Assembly (NCBI GenBank): GCA_964601965.1
Contig: CAZRPJ010000011.1
Span: 221 to 64,220, forward strand
Reading direction: 5' to 3'
Length of the DNA: 64,000 bases
Source of the DNA: an uncultured Croceivirga sp.
GTDB taxonomy: Bacteria; Bacteroidota; Bacteroidia; Flavobacteriales; Flavobacteriaceae
Shown here: positions 8,446 to 19,616 of the stretch, one piece after another
Layout of the letters: every line of letters starts with the position of its first letter
How positions within the stretch are numbered: position 1 is the stretch's first letter
The notes under the pieces: model-generated
Databases searched by the model: none
Seen by the model: only the letters and a program-made list of their open reading frames with translations
What the model was told of the DNA's origin: nothing
Program-made: the position numbers and the translations under genes

Positions 8446-9458
8446 CTTATGATGTTTACTTCAGGTGTTAAGGTTATTCCGAAAGTTTTTTGAACAGTTT
8501 TTTGAATCTTTTTAGCTAGTTCTAATAGTTCTTTTCCTGTAGCATTGCCGTGATTTACTAGCACCAATGCTTGTTTGTGATGTACCCCTGCATCCCCGTA
8601 CTTTTTACCTTTAAATCCGCATTGTTCTATGAGCCAACCCGCTGGAATTTTGTACTCATTAGTTTCTAGTGGGTAAAAAGGGGCATTTGGGTGTTTTTTT
8701 TGAAATTTATCGAACGTCTTTTTAGAAATAACGGGATTTTTAAAGAAGCTCCCACTATTACCAATTACTTTCGGATCTGGTAATTTTTCACTTCTTATGG
8801 CTATGACGGCATCGGAAACATTCCGAATGGTAGGATTAATAACATCCATACTTTTAAGCTGCGCTTCAATAGCCCCGTAAAATGTATGTAAAACATGCGG
8901 CTCTTTCGTTAATCTCAATTTAACCGAAGTAATAATGTACTCCCCTTTTACTTCATTCTTGAAAATAGAATCACGATAGCCAAATTTGCAGTCTGCATTA
9001 GAGAATTCCTTTAACTCTAGCGATTTTATATGCATCGCCTCACAGCTTACAAAAACATCTTTTAATTCAACCCCATAAGCCCCGATGTTTTGAATAGGTG
9101 CTGTTCCTGTATTGCCTGGGATAAGGGAAAGATTTTCAAGACCGCCAAACCCTTGATTGAGGCTCCATAGTACCAGATCGTGCCAATTTTCACCAGCCAT
9201 AACCTTGATTACCACAGATGTATCATCTTGTTCTAAGACACGAATGCCCTTTAAGTTTATGTGCATGACTAGGGCGTCTATGTCTTTAGTTAGTAGCATA
9301 TTGCTTCCACCACTTATGATGAAGCGCTCTGGATAGGCAGACAGCTCCAAAAGCTTTTGTAGTTGTGCTAGCCCATTAACTTCCACAAAGTGCTTTGCTA
9401 AGACATCGATGCCAAAGGTGTTGTATTTTTTTAAGGAAACATTCTCTCTAATTTCCAA
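8442..9458 (-). CDS. murB: UDP-N-acetylenolpyruvoylglucosamine reductase
   Basis: GGGSN-like SGGSNML, LSLIPGNTGTAPIQNIGAYG, FGYRDSIFK, GNSGSFFKNP, HALV-like QALVLVN. Confidence 0.96.
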   Translation of the reverse strand: MEIRENVSLKKYNTFGIDVLAKHFVEVNGLAQLQKLLELSAYPERFIISGGSNMLLTKDIDALVMHINLKGIRVLEQDDTSVVIKVMAGENWHDLVLWSLNQGFGGLENLSLIPGNTGTAPIQNIGAYGVELKDVFVSCEAMHIKSLELKEFSNADCKFGYRDSIFKNEVKGEYIITSVKLRLTKEPHVLHTFYGAIEAQLKSMDVINPTIRNVSDAVIAIRSEKLPDPKVIGNSGSFFKNPVISKKTFDKFQKKHPNAPFYPLETNEYKIPAGWLIEQCGFKGKKYGDAGVHHKQALVLVNHGNATGKELLELAKKIQKTVQKTFGITLTPEVNIIR

Positions 9459-10647
9459 GGCTCTTATACTTTTTAAGTCCTTCCTCTAATATAGCTACGG
9501 CTCTTTTAAGTGCTGGGGCTTCTAAAACATACGCAATTCTAATCTGATTTCTACCTAGATTGGGGGTCGCGTAAAACCCTCCTGCTGGGGCCACCATGAC
9601 CGTTTCATTATTTATTTGAAATTCCTCTAACAACCATTGTGCAAAATTATCAGCATCAACAATAGGAAGTTCTGCAACGCAATAAAAGGCACCACTTGGT
9701 CTTGCAATACGTACTCCCTCAATGTTTTCAAGCGCTGCCACTAAAAGATCTCTTCTGGCAACATATTCTTCTTTTACTTCTTCAAAGTAACTGGCAGGAG
9801 TATCTAGCGCGGCTTCACTTGCAATCTGTGCCAGGGTAGGGGGTGATAATCTTGCTTGGGCAAATTTCAATATGGCTTCCATTACTTGGCTATTTCTTGA
9901 GACAACGCAACCAATGCGGGCGCCACACATGCTGTAGCGTTTAGAAACCGAATCTACAATAATGGCATGTTCCTCCATATTTGGTTCTCTTAAAATGGAG
10001 AAATGTTCTTTATTGTCGTATGCAAATTCACGGTATACTTCGTCTGCCACCAAGAAAAGGTCGTGCTTCTTTGCAAGGGCTGTTAATTGAATGATTTCTT
10101 CATGGGTATATAAGTATCCCGTCGGGTTTCCCGGATTACAAATGAGAATTGCCTTTGTTTTATCGGTAATGACTTTCTCAAATTCTGAAATAGGCGGTAG
10201 GGCGAAATTTGTAGAAATCGAAGAGGGAATAGGAATGACCTTCACACCATTGGCCTGTGCAAACCCATTGTAGTTTGCGTAAAAAGGCTCTGGAATTATT
10301 AATTCATCTCCATCGTCTAAAATAGCTCCTAACGTAAAGGAAAGAGCTTCCGAACCGCCTGTTGTGACAATAATTTGATCGGCGGTTACATTAATTTCAT
10401 GTTTTGCATAGTAGGCTGCAATTTTTTCCCGGTAAACTTCGGATCCTTCAGTTCTGCTATACGCTAATACATCAATCTCTGCATTTTTAACGGCGTCAAT
10501 AGCAATTTTTGGAGTTTTAATATCAGGTTGTCCAATATTCAAATGTATCACATGAACTCCTCTCTTTTTAGCGGCTTCTGCGTACGGCACCAACTTACGA
10601 ATAGGCGATGCGGGCATGTTTTGACCCTTAACGGAAATTTGTGGCAT
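9448..10647 (-). CDS. PLP-dependent class I/II aminotransferase
   Basis: LNIGQPD, CNPGNPTG, DEVY, SVSKRYSMCGARIG (PLP Lys). Likely start MPQIS at 10647. Confidence 0.9.
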   Translation of the reverse strand: MPQISVKGQNMPASPIRKLVPYAEAAKKRGVHVIHLNIGQPDIKTPKIAIDAVKNAEIDVLAYSRTEGSEVYREKIAAYYAKHEINVTADQIIVTTGGSEALSFTLGAILDDGDELIIPEPFYANYNGFAQANGVKVIPIPSSISTNFALPPISEFEKVITDKTKAILICNPGNPTGYLYTHEEIIQLTALAKKHDLFLVADEVYREFAYDNKEHFSILREPNMEEHAIIVDSVSKRYSMCGARIGCVVSRNSQVMEAILKFAQARLSPPTLAQIASEAALDTPASYFEEVKEEYVARRDLLVAALENIEGVRIARPSGAFYCVAELPIVDADNFAQWLLEEFQINNETVMVAPAGGFYATPNLGRNQIRIAYVLEAPALKRAVAILEEGLKKYKSLGN

Positions 10648-10725
10648 TCCTCTAATTTTTGGCAAAAATGGTGAAACTCACCAAAGAATACAACCCAAAA
10701 GTGAATGGGAGAGTGGTAAAAGAGA

Positions 10726-12150
10726 ATGTTAAAGGCAAGATGGTACTGCCAAATAATTACTATATTTAAGAAAGACAACCCACTAATAATAAGCTATTTG
10801 AAATCAATAGGTTCTCTTGTTGTTCTATTTTCCGCCTTTTTCATATTCAATGTAGGGTCGGCTCAGCACTTTCATATTTCTACGAAAAAAAAGTTTGAAA
10901 AAGTTCGTTTTGAATTGGTAAACAACCTCATGGTAGTGCCCGTAGAATTAAATGGGACCAAGCTAAAATTTATACTAGATAGTGGGGTAAACAGCCCTAT
11001 TTTATTCAATCTTACTCAGGAAGATTCTATTCAAATTAATAAGGTATCACAGATAAGTTTAAGAGGGCTAGGAGAAGGAGAACCCATAGAAGCCTTAAAA
11101 TCTGTAGAGAATACTTTTAAAATAGGAGGAGCGGTATCCTATGATCAAATGCTTTATGTAGTTTTAGATAAAGACCTAAACTTCTCTACTTCTCTTGGAA
11201 TCCCTGTACACGGTATTATTGGCTATGATCTTTTTAAAGACTTTGTTGTAGAAGCGAACTATGCCAAGCAGACCCTAAAGTTTTATAATCCAGAAAATTA
11301 TGAATATAAACCCTCTAACAAACGGGAAACCATTCCTTTATCAATCATTGGGAATAAAGCTTTCGTGGATGGGGCTATCACTAGGGAAGATGATACTGAA
11401 ATTCCAGTAAAATTATTGGTAGATACTGGTAGTAGTGATGCACTATGGTTGTTTCATGACCCAGAAAAGGGATTAGAAATTCCGGATATTAATTATGAGG
11501 ATTTTTTAGGCAAGGGTTTAAGTGGGAATATATTTGGAAAACGTACAAAGTTGAAAGGAATGCGTATTGGAAGTTTTGAATTTAATGAGGCCAAGGCTGC
11601 GTTTCCCTACGAAGCTTCCTTTTATGCGATTAAAAATTTAGGAGATAGAAATGGTAGTGTAGGAGGAGAGGTGCTGAAACGTTTCAATATTATTTTTGAC
11701 TACCCGAACAACAAAATTTCCCTTACCAAGAATGCTAGTTTTAATGATCCATTTCAATACAATCTTGCCGGTATAGACTTGCAGCATAATGGGGTACGTT
11801 ACATCTCCGAGCAAATTACAGATCCAAGAGGTGTAGTAAATTCACAGCCTAAAGAAACCTTTGGAAACGTTCAAATATTAATGCAAAACAGAACCAGACT
11901 AAGTTTGGTGCCAGAAATAATCGTTTCTGGTATCCGGGCGGGTAGTCCAGCGGCCGAAGCAGGTCTTAAAGAAGGGGATGTCATTCTTGCGGTGAACGGG
12001 AAACGCGTTCATGATTATAAACTGCAAGAGATCTTAGAGATGTTAAATGAAAGGAAAGGTAAACGTGTACGCGTTCTCATTGAACGCTATGACCGAGATA
12101 TATTATACTCCTTTGTTTTAAAAGACTTATTTGAAACAAAAAAGCCCTAA
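10726..12150 (+). CDS. Aspartyl protease family protein with two retropepsin-like domains and a C-terminal PDZ domain
   Basis: FILDSG and LLVDTGS catalytic motifs, GIIGYD and GSVGGE flap-like motifs, GSPAAEAGLKEGDVILAVNG PDZ. True start uncertain. Confidence 0.85.
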   Translation: MLKARWYCQIITIFKKDNPLIISYLKSIGSLVVLFSAFFIFNVGSAQHFHISTKKKFEKVRFELVNNLMVVPVELNGTKLKFILDSGVNSPILFNLTQEDSIQINKVSQISLRGLGEGEPIEALKSVENTFKIGGAVSYDQMLYVVLDKDLNFSTSLGIPVHGIIGYDLFKDFVVEANYAKQTLKFYNPENYEYKPSNKRETIPLSIIGNKAFVDGAITREDDTEIPVKLLVDTGSSDALWLFHDPEKGLEIPDINYEDFLGKGLSGNIFGKRTKLKGMRIGSFEFNEAKAAFPYEASFYAIKNLGDRNGSVGGEVLKRFNIIFDYPNNKISLTKNASFNDPFQYNLAGIDLQHNGVRYISEQITDPRGVVNSQPKETFGNVQILMQNRTRLSLVPEIIVSGIRAGSPAAEAGLKEGDVILAVNGKRVHDYKLQEILEMLNERKGKRVRVLIERYDRDILYSFVLKDLFETKKP

Positions 12151-12167
12151 CATCTGTCAGGGCTTTT
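12138..12167. terminator. Bidirectional intrinsic terminator between convergent genes
   Basis: AAAAGCCCT-N10-AGGGCTTTT with A and T tracts on both sides. Confidence 0.75.
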
Positions 12168-12184
12168 AGTTATTTCTTTGGTGC

Positions 12185-12571
12185 TTATTTGGCACCGTCT
12201 GCTTTCACGTTTCCTTTAATCTTAAGAACCTTTGTTGGAGTATCTGCATTAGAAGTTACTGTGATCGCTTTTCTAATAGGCCCTACACGATTGGTATCGT
12301 ACTTTACCTGAATTTCGCCAGTTTCTCCAGGCATGATAGGAGCGTCTGGTTTTTTAGGAATCGTACAACCGCAACTAGATTTCACATTGCTAATCACTAA
12401 TGGGGCTTCCCCATTGTTAGTGAATTCAAAAACGCGAACACCATCGCTACCTTTTGCAATTTCACCATAGTCAATAGTCTCGCTTTTAAATTCAATTTTG
12501 GCCGTTTTTTCTTGAGCGCTTACGCTTAAAGTAACAAGCCCAACAAACAATAAAAGTATTACTCTTTTCAT
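12185..12571 (-). CDS. DUF1573 domain-containing secreted protein
   Basis: Signal peptide, then FEFTNNGEAPLVISNVKSSCGCT..PGETGEIQVKYD. Confidence 0.88.
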   Translation of the reverse strand: MKRVILLLFVGLVTLSVSAQEKTAKIEFKSETIDYGEIAKGSDGVRVFEFTNNGEAPLVISNVKSSCGCTIPKKPDAPIMPGETGEIQVKYDTNRVGPIRKAITVTSNADTPTKVLKIKGNVKADGAK

Positions 12572-12767
12572 TTTTTTAGTATTTGGGTAACATCAAAAGT
12601 AGACCATTTGTGTCTACCTCCAAAATTCTTTTGTAATCTTATAACGTTACTTATTTTTGTTTCGTATTACTTGGATTGGTTAATCATGAAAGCTTAACAC
12701 TGTCCATTTTGGCAGCTTTCATTTTTATCCGGTCCTTTCTCGTTTTAGACAAAAATCATACCACACT

Positions 12768-15392
12768 ATGGACATTCCATCGAAATACGAGCCCAAAACG
12801 GTTGAAGAGCGTTGGTACAACTATTGGGAAACCAATGATTATTTTACCTCTACTCCTGATGATCGGGAACCCTATACCATTGTAATTCCACCGCCAAATG
12901 TTACTGGAGTGCTTCATATGGGACATATGCTTAATAACACTATTCAAGACGTTTTAATAAGAAAAGCGCGTCTTGAAGGTAAAAATGCATGTTGGGTACC
13001 TGGGATGGACCACGCCTCAATTGCAACAGAGGCCAAAGTGGTTGCAAAACTTAAGGAACAGGGGATCTCAAAAGCAGAATTAAGTAGAGAAGAATTCCTT
13101 AAACACGCCTGGGATTGGACCAACGAATACGGGGGCGTTATCTTAAAACAGTTACGACGCTTAGGAGCTAGTTGCGATTGGAAGCGTACCAAGTTTACAA
13201 TGGACGATGACATGTCTGCATCGGTCATAAAAGTATTCGTGGATTTATACCGTAAAGGACTTATTTATCGCGGACACCGTATGGTAAACTGGGATCCAGA
13301 AGCCAAAACAACATTGTCTGATGAAGAGGTAATTTATGAAGAAAGGCAGGGATTACTGTATTATTTGTCCTATTCCATTGAAGGGTCAGATGAAAAGGTA
13401 ACTATAGCCACCACGAGACCAGAGACCATCCTTGGGGATACTGCTATTTGTATTCATCCAGATGATGAGCGCTACCAACATCTTAAAGGGAAAAAAGCAA
13501 TTGTTCCTATTTGTAATAGGGTAATCCCAATCATAGAAGATACCTATGTAGATATTGAGTTTGGAACCGGTTGCTTAAAAGTAACTCCCGCACACGATGA
13601 GAATGATAAAAACCTTGGCGAAAAGCATCAGTTAGAGTTTATTGATATCTTCAACGAAGATGCTACCCTAAATTCTTTCGGACTTCATTACCAAGGTAAA
13701 GACAGATTTGTGGTTCGGAAGGAAATTGCCACGGAACTTCAAGAAAAAGGATTTCTAGTTAAGACCGAACAACACACAAACAAGGTTGGTACCTCCGAAA
13801 GAACCAAAGCGGTCATTGAACCCCGTCTTTCAGATCAGTGGTTTTTGAAGATGGAAGAGTTATCAAAGCCTGCGCTAAAAGCGGTGATGGAAACGGAAGA
13901 GGTTAAACTCTATCCGGAGAAATTTAAGAATACATACCGCCATTGGATGGAAAATATTCGAGACTGGAATATTTCACGTCAGTTGTGGTGGGGGCAGCAA
14001 ATACCTGCCTACTATTATGGTCCTGGTAAGGAAGAATTTGTGGTTGCAGAAAATATTGATGCGGCATTAGAGTTAGCACAGAAACAGAATCCTGGCGTTG
14101 CTAAGGAAGATTTAAGACAAGATCCTGATGTTTTAGACACATGGTTTTCTTCCTGGTTATGGCCAATAAGCGTTTTTGGTGGAATTTTAGAGCCGGATAA
14201 TGAAGAGGTCACGTATTATTACCCTACCAATGATTTAGTAACTGGCCCAGATATTTTATTCTTTTGGGTGGCTAGGATGATCGTGGCGGGGTATGAATTC
14301 CGTGATGAGCGTCCTTACCAAAATGTTTACTTAACTGGATTAGTGAGGGATAAGCAACGTCGCAAAATGTCTAAGTCCCTCGGAAATTCTCCAGATGCCT
14401 TGCAACTCATTGATACTTTTGGTGCCGATGGCGTTCGTGTGGGCTTATTGTTGAGTTCTGCTGCCGGAAATGATCTCTTATTTGACGAAGCGCTCTGCCA
14501 ACAAGGTGCCAATTTTGCCAACAAAATCTGGAATGCCTTTCGATTGGTTAAGGGATGGGAGGTGGCTGATTTAGATCAACCCAAAGCGGCAAAACTTGGA
14601 ATTTCCTGGTATACAGCACGTTTTAACCAGGTGTTGATAGAAGTAGAAGATCATTTTTCTAAGTATCGCATTTCAGACGCTTTGATGGCGATTTACAAAT
14701 TAATTTGGGACGATTTCTGTTCTTGGCTTTTAGAGATTGTGAAACCAGCCTATCAACAGCCTATTGATAGTACTACTTTAAACGAGGTTATCCATTTATT
14801 CGAGTTAAATCTTAAGATTTTACATCCTTTTATGCCCTTCCTAAGTGAAGAAGTATGGCAGCATATGGCAGAAAGAACCAAAGAAACGGCATTATGTATC
14901 GCGGCTTGGCCAAATTCTGAAGAGTTTGATGCCTCACTTATTCATCAATTTGAAGATGCTGCTGAAGTAATTGCAGGGATTAGAACCATCAGAAAAGAAA
15001 AGAATATTCCTAATAAAGAGCCGTTGCAATTGAAAGAACTGGCCTCGGTAGAGAGCACTTCAAGATTTGACGCGATTATTAAAAAGTTGGGCAATATTGA
15101 AGAAATAGAATCAGTTTCAGATTCAGTTTCAGGAGCGCTTAGTTTTAGGGTAAAAAGCAATGAATATTTTATACCAATCTCGGGTGCGGTAGATGTGGAT
15201 GCTGAAATTGAAAAAATCACCGAAGAATTAAACTACACAAAAGGTTTTTTAACCTCTGTACAGAAAAAGTTATCGAATGAGCGCTTTGTGAACAATGCCC
15301 CTCCCAAGGTAGTTGAGCTTGAACGCAAAAAAGCGGCCGATGCCGAGGCTAAAATTGAAACCTTAGAAAAAAGCTTGGCGTCTTTAAGCTAG
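12768..15392 (+). CDS. valS: Valine--tRNA ligase
   Basis: [13 protein letters not shown] (HIGH), [16 protein letters not shown]-terminal coiled coil. Confidence 0.97.
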   Translation: MDIPSKYEPKTVEERWYNYWETNDYFTSTPDDREPYTIVIPPPNVTGVLHMGHMLNNTIQDVLIRKARLEGKNACWVPGMDHASIATEAKVVAKLKEQGISKAELSREEFLKHAWDWTNEYGGVILKQLRRLGASCDWKRTKFTMDDDMSASVIKVFVDLYRKGLIYRGHRMVNWDPEAKTTLSDEEVIYEERQGLLYYLSYSIEGSDEKVTIATTRPETILGDTAICIHPDDERYQHLKGKKAIVPICNRVIPIIEDTYVDIEFGTGCLKVTPAHDENDKNLGEKHQLEFIDIFNEDATLNSFGLHYQGKDRFVVRKEIATELQEKGFLVKTEQHTNKVGTSERTKAVIEPRLSDQWFLKMEELSKPALKAVMETEEVKLYPEKFKNTYRHWMENIRDWNISRQLWWGQQIPAYYYGPGKEEFVVAENIDAALELAQKQNPGVAKEDLRQDPDVLDTWFSSWLWPISVFGGILEPDNEEVTYYYPTNDLVTGPDILFFWVARMIVAGYEFRDERPYQNVYLTGLVRDKQRRKMSKSLGNSPDALQLIDTFGADGVRVGLLLSSAAGNDLLFDEALCQQGANFANKIWNAFRLVKGWEVADLDQPKAAKLGISWYTARFNQVLIEVEDHFSKYRISDALMAIYKLIWDDFCSWLLEIVKPAYQQPIDSTTLNEVIHLFELNLKILHPFMPFLSEEVWQHMAERTKETALCIAAWPNSEEFDASLIHQFEDAAEVIAGIRTIRKEKNIPNKEPLQLKELASVESTSRFDAIIKKLGNIEEIESVSDSVSGALSFRVKSNEYFIPISGAVDVDAEIEKITEELNYTKGFLTSVQKKLSNERFVNNAPPKVVELERKKAADAEAKIETLEKSLASLS

Positions 15393-15436
15393 AAGAATCA
15401 CAAAGTTTGTGTGATTTACGGTTGCCAATCAATTGA

Positions 15437-17740
15437 TTATGGAAGTCCGTATTTCTCTGTTCTTTGGTCCTTAATGGTACCGTCCCAATTTAGTCCGAAG
15501 GCAAAATCGTAGGTATTGCCTTCGGAATCAACATATGCCTCCATGTCATGTGGAACATCTTCAAATTGTGCTTCTACGGTTTCCATATTAATAGGTAATT
15601 GCATAGGTAAAAGTCCAGAAGGTTCCTCATTTCCCGCAATGATTTCAAAGAAAGCTTGATCTTGAATTTCAAATCCTAATAAAATGGCGTCAGCAAAGGG
15701 CTCAATTTCTGACATGACCATAGGGTTTGTAATGGAGATTCCCACAATAACAGGTTTGTCTTTCATTATCGCCTTCGTGTCTTCAACAAGTTTGGCATCC
15801 GTGGCATTTAAGGTTTTAACCTTCTTATTTCGGTAGGAACGATTGGTAAAATCTTCGAGCGGATCGCCCCCTGCTATACTTTGTTCACGTGCCGTTGCTG
15901 CAGTATAGGGTCCATATTGCAAGCTCATAGGAAAATAGCCATTGCCACCGTTTTCAGTATCAGATTTATCATAGCCAATTCCTGTTTTTGGATTTTCGAT
16001 AAAAACCATAGCAAAGGCCGCTTCATTGGGATCCTCTACAACTTCAAAATATTTTTCCAATAGGCCGATATTTACTGGATGCTCATTTTTTTCTGGAATT
16101 TCCATTCCCAAAAAATTACGTGAAGCTGGTACAAATCGTTTTGGTACATATACTTTCGACTTTTCTTTAACAGGCAATACTTTTTCTTTGTTTTTAAGCA
16201 TTACAACAGATCGCAGTTGGGCCTCAAATCCACGTTTCATAAACTCTGGACTACCCACAACTTCAGTTGTTTTAGTGGGGTCTAAATATGGATTTTCAAA
16301 AATTCCAACTTGAAAAATATTACGAAGTAATCGAACAGCAGATTGCTCCATCCTTTCGCGCATCTTTTCTTCCCCAATTTCTTTTACACCCATTTCAAAA
16401 GCTTCTAAAATAGGTGTCGCATCATTATTACCTCCAAACTGGTCAATACCTACCATCAGGGCCTTGTAATGGCGTTCTGACTCATTTAAATGTTCTATTC
16501 CCCAAGGTTTTCCATCTATAAAATTGTCCATAACCGTATGGTTACGCGTCACACCCCAGTCTGTACAGATCACCCCATCGTAATTATAGGTACCTCTTAA
16601 AAGATCTTTTATGATATATTCATTGTAGGCATTTCCAACATTTTCTCCGTGAATACTGTCTTGACCCCAGGAGATAGTGTAATAAGGCATCACTGCTGAC
16701 GCACTTTCAGTGCCGCGTTTTAGTTTAAATGCACCTTCCGTAAATGGTAAAAGTTGTTCCTTAAAATTATTTCCAGGATAAACTGCATATTTTCCCGCGC
16801 CATAATGTGCATCGCGCCCTGCTTCACCGGTACCGCCGCCTGGCCAATGCTTTACCATCGTGTTCACACTAGTTGCACCCCATCTATTCCCTCTTGTTGT
16901 TTGGAAACCATCTACGTAGGCCCTTGCAAAATCTGTAGATAAGGTAGAATTTTCGCCAAAAGTACCGTTGAATCGACCCCATCTTGGATCTGTGGCCATG
17001 TCTACTTGTGGAGAAAGTGCTGTGGTAATTCCTAAAGCTCTATACTCTGCAGAAGCAATTCGTCCAAAACGTTCCACCCATCTTGGATTAAAGGTTGCTG
17101 CTAACCCCAATGGACTAGGCCACATTGAAATTTCTCCACCAGCAGCTGCATCGTATTCCATTCTTGCTACGGTGCCATGTCTTGGGTCAGAACTGTTATT
17201 AGCAGGAATTCCCAAACCAATACCCTCGCATAAGGCTTGGAGATTATTGTTCCAGCGCGCTGCTGTCTCAGGATTTTTTACAGAAGTAATTAATACATGC
17301 CGCAAATTGTCTTCTACTATAAACTGTTTTTGTTGATCTGTTAATGAAGCGGCATCTATTTTTCCATCTTCATACGGAGCTCCGTTGTACGTACCAGCAA
17401 AATAACCTTGACTCCGTGCTGGGATTGATTGGTGCGCAGAATACAACATTAAACCAGCAATCTGTTCTTTATTCATTTTAGAAGCAAGGTCTACAGCTCT
17501 TTCTTGTGCGGATAGTCGCCAATCTTCGTAAGGATCTAACTGATCGTTCCTATTTAAATCTTTAAAAGCCATCCTATCAACCGTAAGAAGTTTCAATCCA
17601 GATTCAGGATGGTACCCTAAGGTTTTTCCACCATGATTTACGATGAGCGTGAAATTGTCATTTTCTAATTTGCTCCATTTAGGCCCGCATGAAAAAATTA
17701 AAAGGCTTAATAGTACCGGAAGTGCAGTTTTAATTCTCAT
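15437..17740 (-). CDS. Glycoside hydrolase family 3 lipoprotein (beta-glucosidase-like)
   Basis: Lipobox LIFSC, SPQVDMATDPRWGR, KHWPGGG, nucleophile in CTDWG. Confidence 0.9.
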   Translation of the reverse strand: MRIKTALPVLLSLLIFSCGPKWSKLENDNFTLIVNHGGKTLGYHPESGLKLLTVDRMAFKDLNRNDQLDPYEDWRLSAQERAVDLASKMNKEQIAGLMLYSAHQSIPARSQGYFAGTYNGAPYEDGKIDAASLTDQQKQFIVEDNLRHVLITSVKNPETAARWNNNLQALCEGIGLGIPANNSSDPRHGTVARMEYDAAAGGEISMWPSPLGLAATFNPRWVERFGRIASAEYRALGITTALSPQVDMATDPRWGRFNGTFGENSTLSTDFARAYVDGFQTTRGNRWGATSVNTMVKHWPGGGTGEAGRDAHYGAGKYAVYPGNNFKEQLLPFTEGAFKLKRGTESASAVMPYYTISWGQDSIHGENVGNAYNEYIIKDLLRGTYNYDGVICTDWGVTRNHTVMDNFIDGKPWGIEHLNESERHYKALMVGIDQFGGNNDATPILEAFEMGVKEIGEEKMRERMEQSAVRLLRNIFQVGIFENPYLDPTKTTEVVGSPEFMKRGFEAQLRSVVMLKNKEKVLPVKEKSKVYVPKRFVPASRNFLGMEIPEKNEHPVNIGLLEKYFEVVEDPNEAAFAMVFIENPKTGIGYDKSDTENGGNGYFPMSLQYGPYTAATAREQSIAGGDPLEDFTNRSYRNKKVKTLNATDAKLVEDTKAIMKDKPVIVGISITNPMVMSEIEPFADAILLGFEIQDQAFFEIIAGNEEPSGLLPMQLPINMETVEAQFEDVPHDMEAYVDSEGNTYDFAFGLNWDGTIKDQRTEKYGLP

Positions 17741-17835
17741 AATTTGAAAGTCATTCTAGGCTTAATTTAAACATTTAAGGTCAAAAAAGAGTAGAAGTCA
17801 ATTTGTGTATCTTTAAAGGATAAGAGAATTACAAT

Positions 17836-18720
17836 ATGCAAAAGGTTACCTCATGGGTTTTTTTACTAGTATTTATAACGGTTAATGCCCAGCGCGATTG
17901 GAGTAAGGTAGAAATTACTTCGGAGAAACTAACCGATAATATCTATGTGCTTTTTGGTGCTGGCGGTAATATTGGCTTGGCATTAGGAAATGAAAAAGCC
18001 TATGTCATTGACGATCAATTTGGCCCCTTAACTGATAAAATTTTAGCTCACATTAAAACGATCACTTCAAAACCGGTTTCTTTTGTTCTAAATACCCATT
18101 GGCACGGCGATCACACGGGGGGTAACGAGAACATGGCCAATCAAGGCGCATTGGTCATCGCACATGACAATGTTCGTAAACGAATGGCTTCCCCGCAAGA
18201 TAGGGGTGGAGGGCGTATTTCTGATCCTTCGCCTGATGCAGCCCTTCCGGTGATTACCTTCGATGAAAATATGACAGTATACATAGATAAAGCCAATGCT
18301 ATGCATGCTATGTATGTAAATCCAGCCCATACAGATGGAGATGTTTATTATTATTTCCCAGAGGAAAATGTGATTCATATGGGTGATAATTTTTTCGTTG
18401 GACGCTACCCTTATATCGATTTAAACTCTGGTGGTGATATAGATGGCTTAATTAGCAACGTAACCATGGCTTTAGGACTGGTAGATGAGGCAACTAAGAT
18501 TATTCCGGGACATGGTCCCGTTGCGAGCAAAAAGGATTTAGAAGCGTATAAGGAGGTTCTCGTTGCGCTACGTTCAAGGGTGGTAAAAGCCAAAGAGGAA
18601 GGCAAGAATTTAGAGGAAGTACAAAAAATGGGCCTTTCTAAAGAATGGGATGCCTCCCACGGAACCGGATTTATTAATCCGAATAGAATTATAGAATTCA
18701 TATACAAATCAGCTGATTAA
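17836..18720 (+). CDS. Secreted MBL-fold metallo-hydrolase (cyclase-like)
   Basis: Signal peptide, THWHGDH, HTDGD, MGD and IPGHG motifs. Confidence 0.88.
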   Translation: MQKVTSWVFLLVFITVNAQRDWSKVEITSEKLTDNIYVLFGAGGNIGLALGNEKAYVIDDQFGPLTDKILAHIKTITSKPVSFVLNTHWHGDHTGGNENMANQGALVIAHDNVRKRMASPQDRGGGRISDPSPDAALPVITFDENMTVYIDKANAMHAMYVNPAHTDGDVYYYFPEENVIHMGDNFFVGRYPYIDLNSGGDIDGLISNVTMALGLVDEATKIIPGHGPVASKKDLEAYKEVLVALRSRVVKAKEEGKNLEEVQKMGLSKEWDASHGTGFINPNRIIEFIYKSAD

Positions 18721-18731
18721 ATAGGAACACC

Positions 18732-19616
18732 ATGAAAAAACTAAAACGAGAAGACGTCAAGCAAGAAGTGTTTGATCTCTATGATGATTATGCACATAAT
18801 AAATTACAGCGAAGGGAATTTATTGAGCGACTTTCAGTCTACGCTGTAGGTGGTATCACAGTGGCTTCTTTAATGAGTTTTATGATGCCAGATTATGTGA
18901 ACACACTGCTGGTAGATCCTAATGATCCTGAGCTAGATTCTAATTTTATTACCTATGCTTCTCCAAAAGGAGGAGGAGAAATAAAAGGATTACTATCTAA
19001 ACCCAAGAATGCCACCGGAAAATTGGGCGGGATTGTGGTAGTACACGAAAATCGCGGACTCAATCCTTATGTAGAAGATACCGCTAGACGCGCCGCACTT
19101 GACGGTTTTATAACCCTCGCTCCTGATGCTTTAAGCCCGCTCGGAGGATATCCTGGCAATGATGATGAGGGACGAGCCATGCAACGTAAACGGGACCGTA
19201 ATGAAATGTTAGAAGATTTTATTGCGGCTTTTGAATATTTAAAAAACCACCCTGATTGTTCTGGAAAAATTGGCGTTGTAGGCTTTTGTTTTGGCGGATG
19301 GATCTCTAATATGATGGCGGTGAAAGTACCAGATTTGGCTGCAGCAGTCCCTTTTTATGGAGGGCAACCAAAAGAAAATATCGATAAGATTAATGCACCC
19401 TTGATGCTTCAGTTCGCTGGTTTAGATGAACGTGTAAATGCGGGTTGGCCAGCTTACGAAGCGGCTTTAAAAGAAAACAATAAGGAATATGAAGCTTATG
19501 TTTATCCAGATGTAAATCATGGTTTTCATAATACCTCAACTCCTAGGTATAATAAGGAAGCAGCGGAGCTAGCTTGGAGTAGAACTGTTTCATTCTTTAA
19601 GAAGCATTTAGGATAA
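18732..19616 (+). CDS. Dienelactone hydrolase family protein (YghX-like)
   Basis: VHENRGLN, GFCFGG nucleophile elbow, HGFHN. Confidence 0.9.
   Translation: MKKLKREDVKQEVFDLYDDYAHNKLQRREFIERLSVYAVGGITVASLMSFMMPDYVNTLLVDPNDPELDSNFITYASPKGGGEIKGLLSKPKNATGKLGGIVVVHENRGLNPYVEDTARRAALDGFITLAPDALSPLGGYPGNDDEGRAMQRKRDRNEMLEDFIAAFEYLKNHPDCSGKIGVVGFCFGGWISNMMAVKVPDLAAAVPFYGGQPKENIDKINAPLMLQFAGLDERVNAGWPAYEAALKENNKEYEAYVYPDVNHGFHNTSTPRYNKEAAELAWSRTVSFFKKHLG

Noticed and set aside
12660-12767. Possible leader peptide or T-box upstream of valS
   Set aside because: No Val-rich uORF, T-box consensus or terminator found.
15396-15416. AATCACA-N7-TGTGATT between valS and the GH3 gene
   Set aside because: A plausible weak bidirectional terminator but unremarkable and poorly supported.
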